From contig NW_025964001.1 in the NCBI RefSeq assembly GCF_023055435.1, positions 1,116,001-1,180,000 on the forward strand: 64,000 nt of DNA, in the 5' to 3' direction. Positions 52,954 to 64,000 of the stretch are shown here, piece by piece. This stretch comes from Haliotis rufescens. Its lineage: Eukaryota. Below the pieces are notes generated by a model. It did no database searches. It saw nothing but the letters and a program-made list of their open reading frames with translations, and was not told where the DNA came from. Positions within the stretch are counted from its first letter, which is position 1, and the number at the start of each line of letters is the position of its first letter. A program made the position numbers and the translations under genes.

Positions 52954-53779
52954 CAGTCAAGTCTCATTAATCTGACACTCGTTAATTCGACAATCGGCTT
53001 TATCTGACACTAATGATGGGAACCGATTAAATCAGTGCTATTGAGACCCGTTAATCTGACAGTCTCGCACTCCCGACTACGACACACCTAATTTGCAACA
53101 AATTACCAAAATCGTTCATTAATCAGTCTCGTTAATCCGACACAGTAATCAGCGTACTCTGTGGTCATCTGCCCGCGAGTACACAGCCCATCTTATGATG
53201 CAAGACAAGTCGGCTGGTAGCTGCATATTGCAAAGGCTGCAGTGATAAAATTGCTTAACAATAAACAATTAATGCTTCAAATAAAGAAAATAGGATTAAT
53301 CACATGCTTAGATTACCTCAATATCATTAAAATCAGATACAAATTCTTGCTATCGCTGAGGACATCCCATTACAGATCATTTCAGAACAATGTTTTGCGA
53401 ACTATGCCCGACCAATGAAATAACTAACAGGAAGTTAACGTTAGCCACTTGAAAAGCAGCTTCCTTCGCTTTGTGGTACCAGTTTCAAACTTGCGACTTC
53501 CATTCCAGATTATGCTTTTAAAATTATTTTGAATAAGTCATACAATCCGTAACAGTTGTTTTGTGCTGAGCTTTAGAAGTTGCAGGATTAGAAAACATAT
53601 TCCGTTAACAATGTAACATAACAATATGAATATTTCATTTTTATTTATTTTTTGTTACGTGTTTGTATCTTTATCTATTCTGTAATTGTCCAATTTTCGA
53701 TCACGAACGTTGATACTACCTAATTTCATTTATCTGACATACTTGCAACCAACAATGTCGGATTAACTGGACTTGACTG
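52954..53779. mobile_element. Non-autonomous pogo/Tigger-like DNA transposon
   Basis: 24-bp imperfect TIRs CAGTCAAGTC...TTAATCYGACA; TA on both sides; repeated subterminal TTA(A)TCYGACA motifs; no transposase ORF. Confidence 0.75.
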
Positions 53780-54096
53780 TAGCTGGATACTGTGTGGCTG
53801 TCAATGTAAACATGAAGTCACACATACTAAATATAATTGTGTAAAGATCAAGGTCTACGTCCTTTCAGGTAAAAAAAGTGATATAAAAAATAAAAAGAGT
53901 TCACTTTCACTTTGTGTGAGTTCATTGGATTATGAACTTCATAGAGTGAGGTCCAAACATTGTCTGAACGTCGGAGCATGAACAATGTAACGAACATGTT
54001 TGGGAACTCCATGTCATCAGATGACATTATCAATACCCGTGTATTGACTGTAGTTCAGGTCTATGGGTGCATCACTACTAGAGCTACTTAACTTAC

Positions 54097-54189
54097 TCTC
54101 CGTAGGCCTGCATGCGTGCAGAAGGTCGAGCAGCGTAGTAAAATCGCTTGTAATCATCCATCCACACCTCTGCTGTCCTCCTTGTGTTC
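54097..54189 (-). CDS. GALNT: GALNT exon
   Basis: [30 protein letters not shown]; CTGCAG acceptor, GA|GTAAGT donor. Confidence 0.95.
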
Positions 54190-54219
54190 CTGCAGGGAGG
54201 ATATGAGGATATGAGAGCC

Positions 54220-54815
54220 GTGTCATGTGATAACAATGTCACGTGAGAAAATTATCATGTGAGAAGTGTCACATGAGAAAAGTGTCATGAGAACAGTGTC
54301 ACAAGAAAACATTGTCATGTGAGAACAGAAATGTGTCATGTGAGAACAGAAATGTAAGAACAACATAATGTTAGAACACTGTCATGTGAGAACAGCATAA
54401 TGTGCGAACACTGTCATGTGAGAACAGCAGAATGTGAGAACACTGTCATGTGAGAACAGCATGTGAGAAGTGTCATGTGAGAACAATATAATGTGAGAAA
54501 ACTGTCATGTGAGAAGAACAGCATAATGTGAGAACAATGTCATGTGAGAACAGCATAATGTGAGAACACTGTCATGTGAGAACAGCAGAATGTGAGAACA
54601 CTGTCATGTGAGAACAGCAGAATGTGAGAACACTGTCATGTGAGAACAGCATGTGAGAAGTGTCATGTGAGAACAATATAATGTGAGAAAACTGTCATGT
54701 GAGAAGAACAGCATAATGTGAGAACAATGTCATGTGAGAACAGCATAATGTGAGAACACTGTCATGTGAGAACAACATAATGTGAGAACACTGTTATGTG
54801 AGAACAATGTCTCAT
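54220..54815. repeat. Degenerate TGTGAGAACA satellite next to a GALNT acceptor
   Basis: TGTCATGTGAGAACAGCATAATGTGAGAACAC variants. Confidence 0.85.
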
Positions 54816-54904
54816 GAGAATATTATACATCAAGGAAAGATACTACTGTTTGCTTTAATACTGATTTGGATGAAATTATGTATTTGTCTTGTAGATGTAA
54901 GGTT

Positions 54905-57053
54905 TGTACATGTTGGAGCCTTACTTCATGTATGTGTTGGAGCCTTACTTCAAGTACGTGATGGAGCCTTACTTCATGTACATGTCGGAGCCTTACTTCA
55001 TGTATGTGTTGGAGCCTTACTTCATGTACATGTCGGAGCCTTACTTCATGTATGTGTTGGAGCCTTACTTCATGTACGTGCTGGAGCCTTACTTCATGTA
55101 CATGTCGGAGCCTTACTTCATGTATGTGTTGGAGCCTTACTTCATGTACGTGTCGGAGCCTTACTTCATGTATGTGTCGGAGCCTTACTTCATGTATGTG
55201 TTGGAGCCTTACTTCAAGTACGTGTTGGAGCCTTACTTCATGTACGTGTTGGAGCCTTACTTCATGTACGTGTTGGAGCCTTACTTCATGTACGTGTTGG
55301 AGCCTTACTTCATGTACGTGTCGGAGCCTTATTTCATGTACGTGTCGGAGCCTTACTTCATGTACGTGTCGGAGCCTTACTTCATGTACGTGTTGGAGCC
55401 TTACTTCATGTACGTGTTGGAGCCTTACTTCATGTACGTGTCGGAGCCTTACTTCATGTACGTGTCGGAGCCTTACTTCATGTACGTGTCGGAGCCTTAC
55501 TTCATGTACGTTTTGGAGCCTTACTTCATGTACGTGTCGGAGCCTTACTTCATGTACGAGTTGGAGCCTTACTTCATGTACGTGTTGGAGCCTTACTTCA
55601 TGTACGTGTTGGAGCCTTACTTCATGTACGTGTTGGAGCCTTACTTCATGTACGTGTTGGAGCCTTACTTCATGTACATGTTGGAGCCTTACTTCATGTA
55701 CGTGCTGGAGCCTTACTTCATGTACGTGTTGGAGCCTTACTTCATGTACGTGCTGGAGCCTTACTTCATGTACATGTCGGAGCCTTACTTCATGTACATG
55801 TCGGAGCCTTACTTCATGTACGTGTTGGAGCCTTACTTCATGCATGTGTTGGAGCCTTACTTCATGCATGTGTTGGAGCCTTACTTCATGTACGTGCTGG
55901 AGCCTTACTTCATGTATGTGTTGGAGCCTTACTTCATGTACGTGCTGGAGCCTTACTTCATGTACGTGTTGGAGCCTTACTTCATGTACGTGCTGGAGCC
56001 TTACTTCATGTACGTGTTGGAGCCTTACTTCATGTATGTGTCAGAGCCTTACTTCATGTACGTGTCGGAGCCTTACTTCATGTACGTGTCGGAGCCTTAC
56101 TTCATGTACGTGTTGGAGCCTTACTTCATGTACGTGTTGGAGCCTTACTTCATGTACGTGTTGGAGCCTTACTTCATGTACGTGTTGGAGCCTTACTTCA
56201 TGTACGTGTCGGAGCCTTACTTCATGTACGTGTCGGAGCCTTACTTCATGTACGTGTTGGAGCCTTACTTCATGTACGTGTTGGAGCCTTACTTCATGTA
56301 CGTGTTGGAGCCTTACTTCATGTACGTGTCGGAGCCTTACTTCATGTACGTGTCGGAGCCTTACTTCATGTACGTGTTGGAGCCTTACTTCATGTACGTG
56401 TTGGAGCCTTACTTCATGTACGTGTCGGAGCCTTACTTCATGTACGTGTCGGAGCCTTACTTCATGTACGTGTTGGAGCCTTACTTCATGTACGTGTTGG
56501 AGCCTTACTTCATGTACGTGTTGGAGCCTTACTTCAAGTACGTGTCGGAGCCTTACTTCATGTACGTGTCGGAGCCTTACTTCATGTACGTGTTGGAGCC
56601 TTACTTCATGTACGTGTTGGAGCCTTACTTCATGTACGTGTTGGAGCCTTACTTCAAGTACGTGTTGGAGCCTTACTTCAAGTACATGTCAGAGCCTTAC
56701 TTCATGTACGTGTCAGAGCCTTACTTCAAGTACGTGTTGGAGCCTTACTTCATGTACGTGTCGGAGCCTTACTTCATGTACGTGTTGGAGCCTTACTTCA
56801 TGTACGTGTCAGAGCCTTACTTCATGTACGTGTTGGAGCCTTACTTCATGTACGTGTCGGAGCCTTACTTCATGTACGTGTTGGAGCCTTCCTTCATGTA
56901 CGTGTCAGAGCCTTACTTCATGTACGTGTCAGAGCCTTACTTCAAGTACGTGTTGGAGCCTTACTTCATGTACGTGTCAGAGCCTTACTTCAAGTACGTG
57001 ATGGAGCCTTACTTCATGTACATGTTGGAGCCTTACTTCATGTACGTGTTGGA
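54905..57053 (-). repeat. 24-bp minisatellite spanning a GALNT exon-intron junction, about 89 copies
   Basis: Sense unit CTCCAACACGTACATGAA|GTAAGG. Confidence 0.97.
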
Positions 57054-57163
57054 GTTTCCCTGGGGGAAGGAGTACGGATGACGTTTGCGGAATACATGTC
57101 CGACTCGACTGCAGGGGATTATCTCAAGCTGTCCTCCACACATCCACACACGAAATGACAACT
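57037..57163 (-). CDS. GALNT: GALNT exon, catalytic flexible loop
   Basis: [43 protein letters not shown]; donor AA|GTAAGG is repeated in the downstream array. Confidence 0.96.
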
Positions 57164-57590
57164 CTGTAAATAATGAAGAAAAAAGTCACGGACAGCCTAG
57201 AAAGATCCACACACTGTACTTGATTTCCATGCAGCTTGGAGATTTTGTGTGTGTGTCTATCTACAGAAACTGCATAAACTCATTGCTATACTTTACATTA
57301 CAAACTTTTACAGAAAACATAAATTGACTTCAAAAGCAAGCTGGAGGACAGATTGTAGTCTAGGATCTCTTTGGTATGTTGTTACCAACTTTACTTATCG
57401 CTACCGGATCTTTACAACAAGCCAAGGGAAGTAACCCGGGCCTCCTTGTGTGTAAGCTCCGCCCCCTGATCAAAGACGTTCATGGTGTGAAGACATGTTA
57501 ATACTCTGCATTTGAGTGCAGACAAATATGAAGCGATGTTCACGACAAGATACAATCTGGGATGTGACTTTCTATCACAGGAATACTCAC

Positions 57591-57694
57591 CGAAGTTCTC
57601 TCCGCCCCAGATGTCCATCTTGGTGTCGTACTTGCCGAGACTGGTGAACCACTGCTTCCTGACACTGAAGATACCTCCGGCAATGATGGGGGTC
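57591..57694 (-). CDS. GALNT: GALNT exon with Gal/GalNAc-T WGGEN motif
   Basis: [34 protein letters not shown]. Confidence 0.96.
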
Positions 57695-58719
57695 CTGCAA
57701 TACATCCCTCAACTCACACCACACCATCATAATACTGTAAACCATGAAATGAATGTGAAAAATATAAGTGTCCCTTGCTCGAATTAATAAAGTGCTGCAT
57801 TTTCTAGCACATAATGTCATGTCAGGTTGACTGCAAACAGGCAGGAACAATGACACATATCACAAAGTTCCACATCAAGTCTGGCCACTTTGTATATTAA
57901 ACTTGATCAAGCAGTTTCCAGCAGGAAAATGCCATTGTTTCAATGTTGAAATTTAGTTCATGTAAAGTTGCCTTGTTGAAAAACATTGTATCAACCTTGT
58001 TTCAAACTTGGCCTTTTGATATATATCAACATTTTAAATTTTTTTTATTATTTTTGTCGTTAGAATCAATATATTTATAGAATCTAGACATTGTCGTCCC
58101 GCGTTGCAGTGTTTTGTCATTTTGCTGTATTTGTTATGATAAATGTCGATAATAATTTTATTCTTTAACCTTGGGTTAATTCATCATCATGGTTAAATGT
58201 AAGGTTAATAATATCTTGTCTCACGTAAAAAGAAGAGGTAAAAATAAATATATATATATACATGTTTTTGGTCTTTCTCTCTCCAGCTGGTGGATAGGGT
58301 GGGGAGATATCAGTGATGGGCCAAGGGAGATAATGCAGCTTTTATACAGTATAAGATACTTGCTATAAGGAGACCATTTGAGGGTTGAGCCAGGGAACTA
58401 AATTGTGCAAAAGATCATTGGCTTACAGGATGGTGCTCACAGATTTCTTCCTTAAGGTGACTGTACTTTGGGTTGCACCCACTTAACTGAGGGACACTTT
58501 GGCTTGAAGTTTTACATTCTCAGTGTAGCGGCCATAAAATTTCAGAGTTCCATGATGGGATTCGAACAACCGACCTTCTGATCTGAGGTCGGACGCCTTG
58601 TCCACATGACCAAAGAGGTCAACACCGTCAGCAAGCTGACAAGGTAAGGATGTCATCTGCGGGAAGGCTCCACACCCTGCTACATATTCCCATCAACAGA
58701 AGGCACGTCTCGAGCTGCA

Positions 58720-59050
58720 TAGTACTTAACTCCACATGACACCATCATAACACTTGCTTACACCATGCTAACTTACACAGCACTTAGCTCTACATGATAC
58801 CATCATAACACTTGCTTACACCATGCCCACTTACGCAGCACTTAGCTCTACATGACACCATCGTAACACTTGCTTACACCATGCTCACTTACGCAGCACT
58901 TAGCTCTACATGACACCATTATAACACTTGCTTACACCATGCCAACTTACACAGCACTTAGCTCTACATGACACCATCGTAACACTTGCTTACACCATGC
59001 TCACTTACGCAGCACTTAATTCCATATAACACTTGCCTACACCATGCTTA
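58720..59050. repeat. Minisatellite, 58-bp unit
   Basis: CACTTAGCTCTACATGACACCATCATAACACTTGCTTACACCATG... Confidence 0.9.
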
Positions 59051-59111
59051 ACTCAACACCACTTCATGGTCAGTATGCTTAAAGTAGCATACAGTAACCA
59101 TGGTAACTCAC

Positions 59112-59190
59112 TTCACCGGGTCAGTCTCCTTTTTCCCCACTGTTGACAAGGGCTGGTCCTCCCACGTGAAGTGCATGCTCCAGTCAAAGC
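59112..59190 (-). CDS. GALNT: GALNT exon
   Basis: GFDWSMHFTWEDQPLSTVGKKETDPVK; canonical sites, phases fit. Confidence 0.92.
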
Positions 59191-59214
59191 CTGAAAGTTC
59201 AACAGTAAAAAGTC

Positions 59215-59840
59215 TGGACCTATATTGACAGTACAACACTCTTGTCCTATATTGACAGTACAACACTCTCGACCTATATTGACAGTAAACACTATAGACC
59301 TATATTGACAGTAAACACTATAGACCTATATTGACAGTACAACACTCCGGTCCTATATTGACAGTACAACACTCTTGTCCTATATTGACAGTAAACACTA
59401 TAGATCTATATTGACAGTACAACAATATAGACCAATATTGACAGTACAACACTCTGGTCCTATATTGACAGTACAACACTCTAGTCCTATACTGACAGTA
59501 CAACACTCTAGTTCTATATTCACAGTACAACACCCGTGTCCTATATTCACAGTACAACCCTCTGGGTCTATATTGACAGTACAACACTCCAGTCCTATAT
59601 TGACAGTTCAACACTTTAGTCCAATATTGACAGTACAACACTCTAGTCCTATATTGACAGTACAACACTCTGGTCCTATATTGACAGTACAACACTCTAG
59701 TCCTATATTGAAAGTACAACACTCTAGTCCTATATTCACAGTACAACACCCGTGTCCTATATTGACAGTACAACCCTCTGGGTCTATATTGACAGTACAA
59801 CACTCCAGTCCTATATTGACAGTACAACACCCTTGTCCTA
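59215..59840. repeat. 27-bp minisatellite filling a GALNT intron
   Basis: CCTATATTGACAGTACAACACTCTAGT. Confidence 0.92.
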
Positions 59841-59859
59841 CGTGGATAGTATTGCTTAC

Positions 59860-59947
59860 CTCCCCTGAGGATGTCGGGTACAGCCTTGTACTGGAAGCTC
59901 TCGGTGTCGATCACGTCTATCACCGGACTAACTACACTGTACGGGGC
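59860..59947 (-). CDS. GALNT: GALNT exon
   Basis: APYSVVSPVIDVIDTESFQYKAVPDILRGG; canonical splice sites. Confidence 0.93.
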
Positions 59948-60299
59948 CTGAAACATCCATCCATGTGACAATAAGGACAAAAACATACCGTACTTGCCAT
60001 TTGAGTCATGTTACATACTAGTTTGAACAAGCAAAATAAATAAAAAATACACCACCAGACAGGCCGCCTGCCTGCCCGCACCATATTTTCAAAAGTCAAT
60101 TCCAATTCTTTTACTTTTTTAAGCCTCATAAAGATATAAGTTGTAGCAGGATCACGAGGGATATATGAATTTCATGCGCCCTGCGTTAGATTTTATACCA
60201 TGAGCTGGAGACTACAACAAATTCATCTTACCGACATGTTTAATATGACATTGTATAGGGATCAAAACAAATTCAAAATTGATAGAAACAGCTTTTGAC

Positions 60300-62037
60300 C
60301 CCCTGACCCTCTACATTGCCCCCTTGTCATGGCCCTGACCCCCAACATTGCCCCCCGGTCATGGTCTTGACCCCCAACATTGCCCCCTGGTCATGGCCCT
60401 GACCCCCTACATTGCCCCCTTGTCATGGCCCTGAACCCCTACATTGCCCCCTGGTCATGGCCCTGACCCCCTACATTGCCCCCTGGTCATGGCCCTGAAC
60501 CCCTACATTGCCCCCTTGTCATGGCCTTGACCCCCTACATTGCCCCCTGGTCATGGCCTTGACCCCCTACATTGCCCCCTGGTCATGGCCTTGACCCCCT
60601 ACATTGCCCCCTGGTTATGGCCCTGACCCTCTATATTGCCCCCTGGTCATGGCCCTGACCCCCAACATTGCCCCCTGGTCATGGCCCTGACCCCCTACAT
60701 TGCCCCCGATCATGGCCCTGACCCCCCAACATTGCCCCCTGGTCATGGCCCTGACCCCCCAACATTGCCCCCTTGTCATGGCCCTGACCCCCAACATTGC
60801 CCCCTGGTCATGGCCCTGACCCCCCAACATTGCCCCCTTGTCATGGCCCTGACCCCCAACATTGCCCCCTGGTCATGGCCCTGACCACCTTCATTGCCCC
60901 CTGGTTATGGCCCTGACCCTCTACATTGCCCCTTGGTCATGGCCCTGACCCTCAACATTGCCTCCTTGTCATGGCCGTGACCCCCTACATTGCCCCCGAT
61001 CATGGCCCTGACCCCCTACATTGCCCCTGGCTGTAGCCCTGACGCTCTACATTGCCCCTTGGTCATGGCCCTGACCCTCAACATTGCCTCCTTGTCATGG
61101 CCGTGACCCCCTATATTGTCCCCGGTCATGGCCCTGACCCCCAACATTGCCCCCAATCATTGCCCTGACCCCCTACATTGCCACCAATCATGGCCCTGAC
61201 ATTGCCACTGATCATGGCCCTGACCCCCCACATTGCCCCGATCATGGCCCTGACCCCCTACATTGCCCCCTGGCTGTAGTCCTGACCCTCTATATTGCCC
61301 CTTGTCATGTTCCTGACCCCCTATATTGTCCCCGATCATGGCCCTGACCCCCTACATTGCCCCAATCATGGCCCTGACCCCCAACATTGCCCCAATCATG
61401 GCCCTGACCCCCTACATTGCCCCCGATCATGGCCCTGACCCCCTACATTGCCCCAAATCATGGCCCTGAACCCCTACATTGCCCCCGATCATGGCCCTGA
61501 CCCCCTACATTGCCCCTTGTCATGTTCCTGACCCCCTATATTGTCCCCGGTCGTGGCCCTGACCCCCTATATTGCCCCCTGGTTGTGACCCTGACCCCCT
61601 ACATTGCCCCTTGTCATGTTCCTGACCCCCTATATTGTCCCTGGTCATGGCCCTGACCCCCTACATTGCCCCCTGGTTGTGGCCCTGACCCCTTACAATG
61701 CCCCCGGGCATGGCCCTGACCCCTGACATTGCCCCCTGGTCACGGCCCTGACCCCCTAAATTGTCCCCTGGTCATCGCCCTGACCCCGAACACTGCTCCC
61801 TGGTCGTGGCCCTGACCCCCTACATGCCCCCCGGTCATGGCCCTGACCCCCTACATTGCCCCTGGGTCATGGCCCTGACCCCCTTCATGCCCCCCGGTCA
61901 TGGCCCTGACCCCCTACATTGCCCCCCGGTCATGGCCCTGACCCCCTACATGCCCCCCGGTCGTGGCCCTGACCCCCTACATTGCCCCTGGGTCATGGCC
62001 CTGACCCCCTACATGTCCTCCGGTCATGGCCCTGACT
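60300..62037. repeat. ~32-bp C/G-run minisatellite beginning within a GALNT donor
   Basis: GGTCATGGCCCTGACCCCCTACATTGCCCCCT; the sense strand starts GTAAGTCAGGGCCATGACC. Confidence 0.95.
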
Positions 62038-62040
62038 TAC

Positions 62041-62162
62041 GTCCACCAGTCTCTGTAGCAGGGGCTGCAGCCATTCCTTGTTCATCTCACAGTGGGAATC
62101 CAGGAATGTCAGGATTGGACCTTTTGCCATGTCTGCACCGAGCACTCGAGACCGGATCAAAC
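62041..62162 (-). CDS. GALNT: GALNT exon with DxH metal-binding motif
   Basis: [41 protein letters not shown]|GTAAGT. Confidence 0.96.
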
Positions 62163-63302
62163 CTGACACAGGGCCAGTTTCATTCTCATCATGTGAAAAC
62201 TTCATGTGATAACTTCATTCCAAACAATCACATCTTCCAATGTGATTTCAACTTTTTGAGGTCATACAGTTAACAATGAATTATTTTTCATAAACTGAGA
62301 CAAAAATACATTTATCATGTATTTCTAAAACAAATTCTACAAGGTGGGCAAAAGTTAAAAATTCAAAATACAGCAAAAGAAAAATAGCTCAAATTTTGAA
62401 GTCCGCTACACTTACCACCAAGACAGATTTGATGTTTCCTTGCATAAATAGACAATTAGTGGACATGTATTAATCAGCAAACATTGTTAATTCCTCTGCA
62501 GCAAATGCAAAATCTGTTGCCACACACAATAGTAATATTTCTTTCCCATTAATCTTCACATCCTTAGGTTTATGTCAATTGGGACTCAGTCACCATAATG
62601 TAAACTTAAAAACTCTCTAATAAATACAAAGAGTCATCAGGAGATGACATATCTCCCCCGGTCTGGTGAAATTTAGAAAGGGAGTTTGGCTACTTATACC
62701 TTACTTTTGGTTCACTGCCATTGGAAACGTTCAGTTCAGTGAAGAAAAAAATAATTCTATTCAGTATCTTTAATATCCCAAATCATCAAAAGGCACCAGT
62801 TCACCACTGAATAGTTTCATCAAGAAATATTCAACAGTTTTGGAGTTCTGCTCCAGAAACGAGTACTACCCTCATCTTCAGTGTAAGTCCAACTTAAATT
62901 TAAAAAATCAGAAATAATCAAAGGGCACCAGTTCATTACGAGATTGATCTGTATACATGTAGTTTCAACAAGAAATAAACCAGGGGGATAAAAATGTTGA
63001 ACCAAACCTTTGATGAAAACCTCAGTTACCATATTTCCTTGAATAAATCCCGGGAAACAAATAAACACTGGGCCTCAAAATTAAATGATTGAAGGGAGGA
63101 TAGGTGTTAAGCACATACTTCTCTCCATTATTATCTTGCGATTAAACCCTGAGGGTAAAGAGCATCTGAAAGAAATATAGGCCTGGACGTTTAATCGAGG
63201 AAATACGGTAAATCAATAAACTTTACTTCCTACAACATGTGCTGAAAGTGTAGTACAACACCTGATATTTTCCCCATTAACTGTTACACCTGTGTAGCTC
63301 AC

Positions 63303-63368
63303 CTTCTCGCTTGGCGTTACGGATCAGTTTGACCTTTGGTATCACAGAGAGGAGCTGTCCATCATCGG
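63303..63368 (-). CDS. GALNT: GALNT14/16-like polypeptide N-acetylgalactosaminyltransferase, first exon within the window
   Basis: DDGQLLSVIPKVKLIRNAKREG; TTTCAG acceptor, G|GTGAGC donor. Confidence 0.9.
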
Positions 63369-64000
63369 CTGAAACCAAAATGTTCTCATGAAAAAAACCT
63401 TCAAAGTATTTGGCCTTGTTTTTCAATCCATTTTCATAAGCTAATTCTCTGCATATAAAACAATGCTCAGCAGAACAGGATATACAGTTTAAATGGTAAA
63501 GCATCATGTCTAATCACAAATTAATTTATTTTATAGGCCAAATTTGTTATCATTGTTCGTTTACCTGAATACAAATGCGATGTAGTTTTTTACTGCACAT
63601 AATACTTGAAATATCTTTTTTTCCCCCAATACTGAATCACCTAGAAGGTGGTACTGTGCATTATGCTTGGGTATGAACTATACTCAAGAAAATACAGTAT
63701 ACTCACATTTTAATTTTTTTTCTATCCAAGAATGAAAAAGCACACTGACACACATGTGTTATATTTTCTTAGAGATAAACATCATATCCATACATGGTTA
63801 AATCATTTTAAAAATCAAGTACTGTGAATTATACTTTGGCTCGAAACTTCCCTACATGAAAAAGTTCAATGCTCTTAATACAGACCAGAGAACATCTTTA
63901 TCTAGGTACTAATACACATGTCACTTACATCCATGTTTGAACCCACAAATAGTAACAAAAACCCAAGTTATTTCTGAGAAGTCCAAAATGTAAAAATATA

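Noticed and set aside
54798-57158. 786, 725, 665 and 348 aa repetitive ORFs
   Set aside because: They are translations of a 24-bp intronic repeat that is open in several frames; the real coding exon is 57037-57163 on the minus strand.
60300-62037. Array of estrogen response elements
   Set aside because: The spacer in GGTCA-N6-TGACC is 6 nt, not the 3 nt of an ERE.

Overview
Animal genomic DNA, probably a mollusc (gastropod-like; inferred from the receptor sequence), with four N-gaps (941-1090, 24970-25099, 25662-25846, 50937-51377). It holds two convergent spliced genes. (1) A + strand molluscan estrogen receptor (ER/NR3A): 8 well-supported coding exons at 19618-36964, giving 423 aa from the ATG at 19658, plus a candidate upstream coding exon at 8488-8507. 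(2) The 3' 11 exons of a - strand polypeptide GalNAc-transferase (GT27, GALNT14/16-like) at 63368-48443, including one GC-AG intron; its 5' end lies beyond the window. Introns and flanks contain about 28 different minisatellites, tRNA-derived SINEs (several with target-site duplications, TSDs) and small TIR elements. The most striking pattern is that several minisatellites were amplified from the splice junctions themselves. A 57-bp unit copies the ER LBD exon end plus its donor 17 times, and the first 9 copies are in frame and stop-free (a potential +19 aa ladder in the H8-H9 loop). A 24-bp unit copies a GALNT donor about 89 times with an in-frame stop. Nearly all long ORFs in the supplied track are repeat artefacts. 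All calls are from manual reading; no searches were run.
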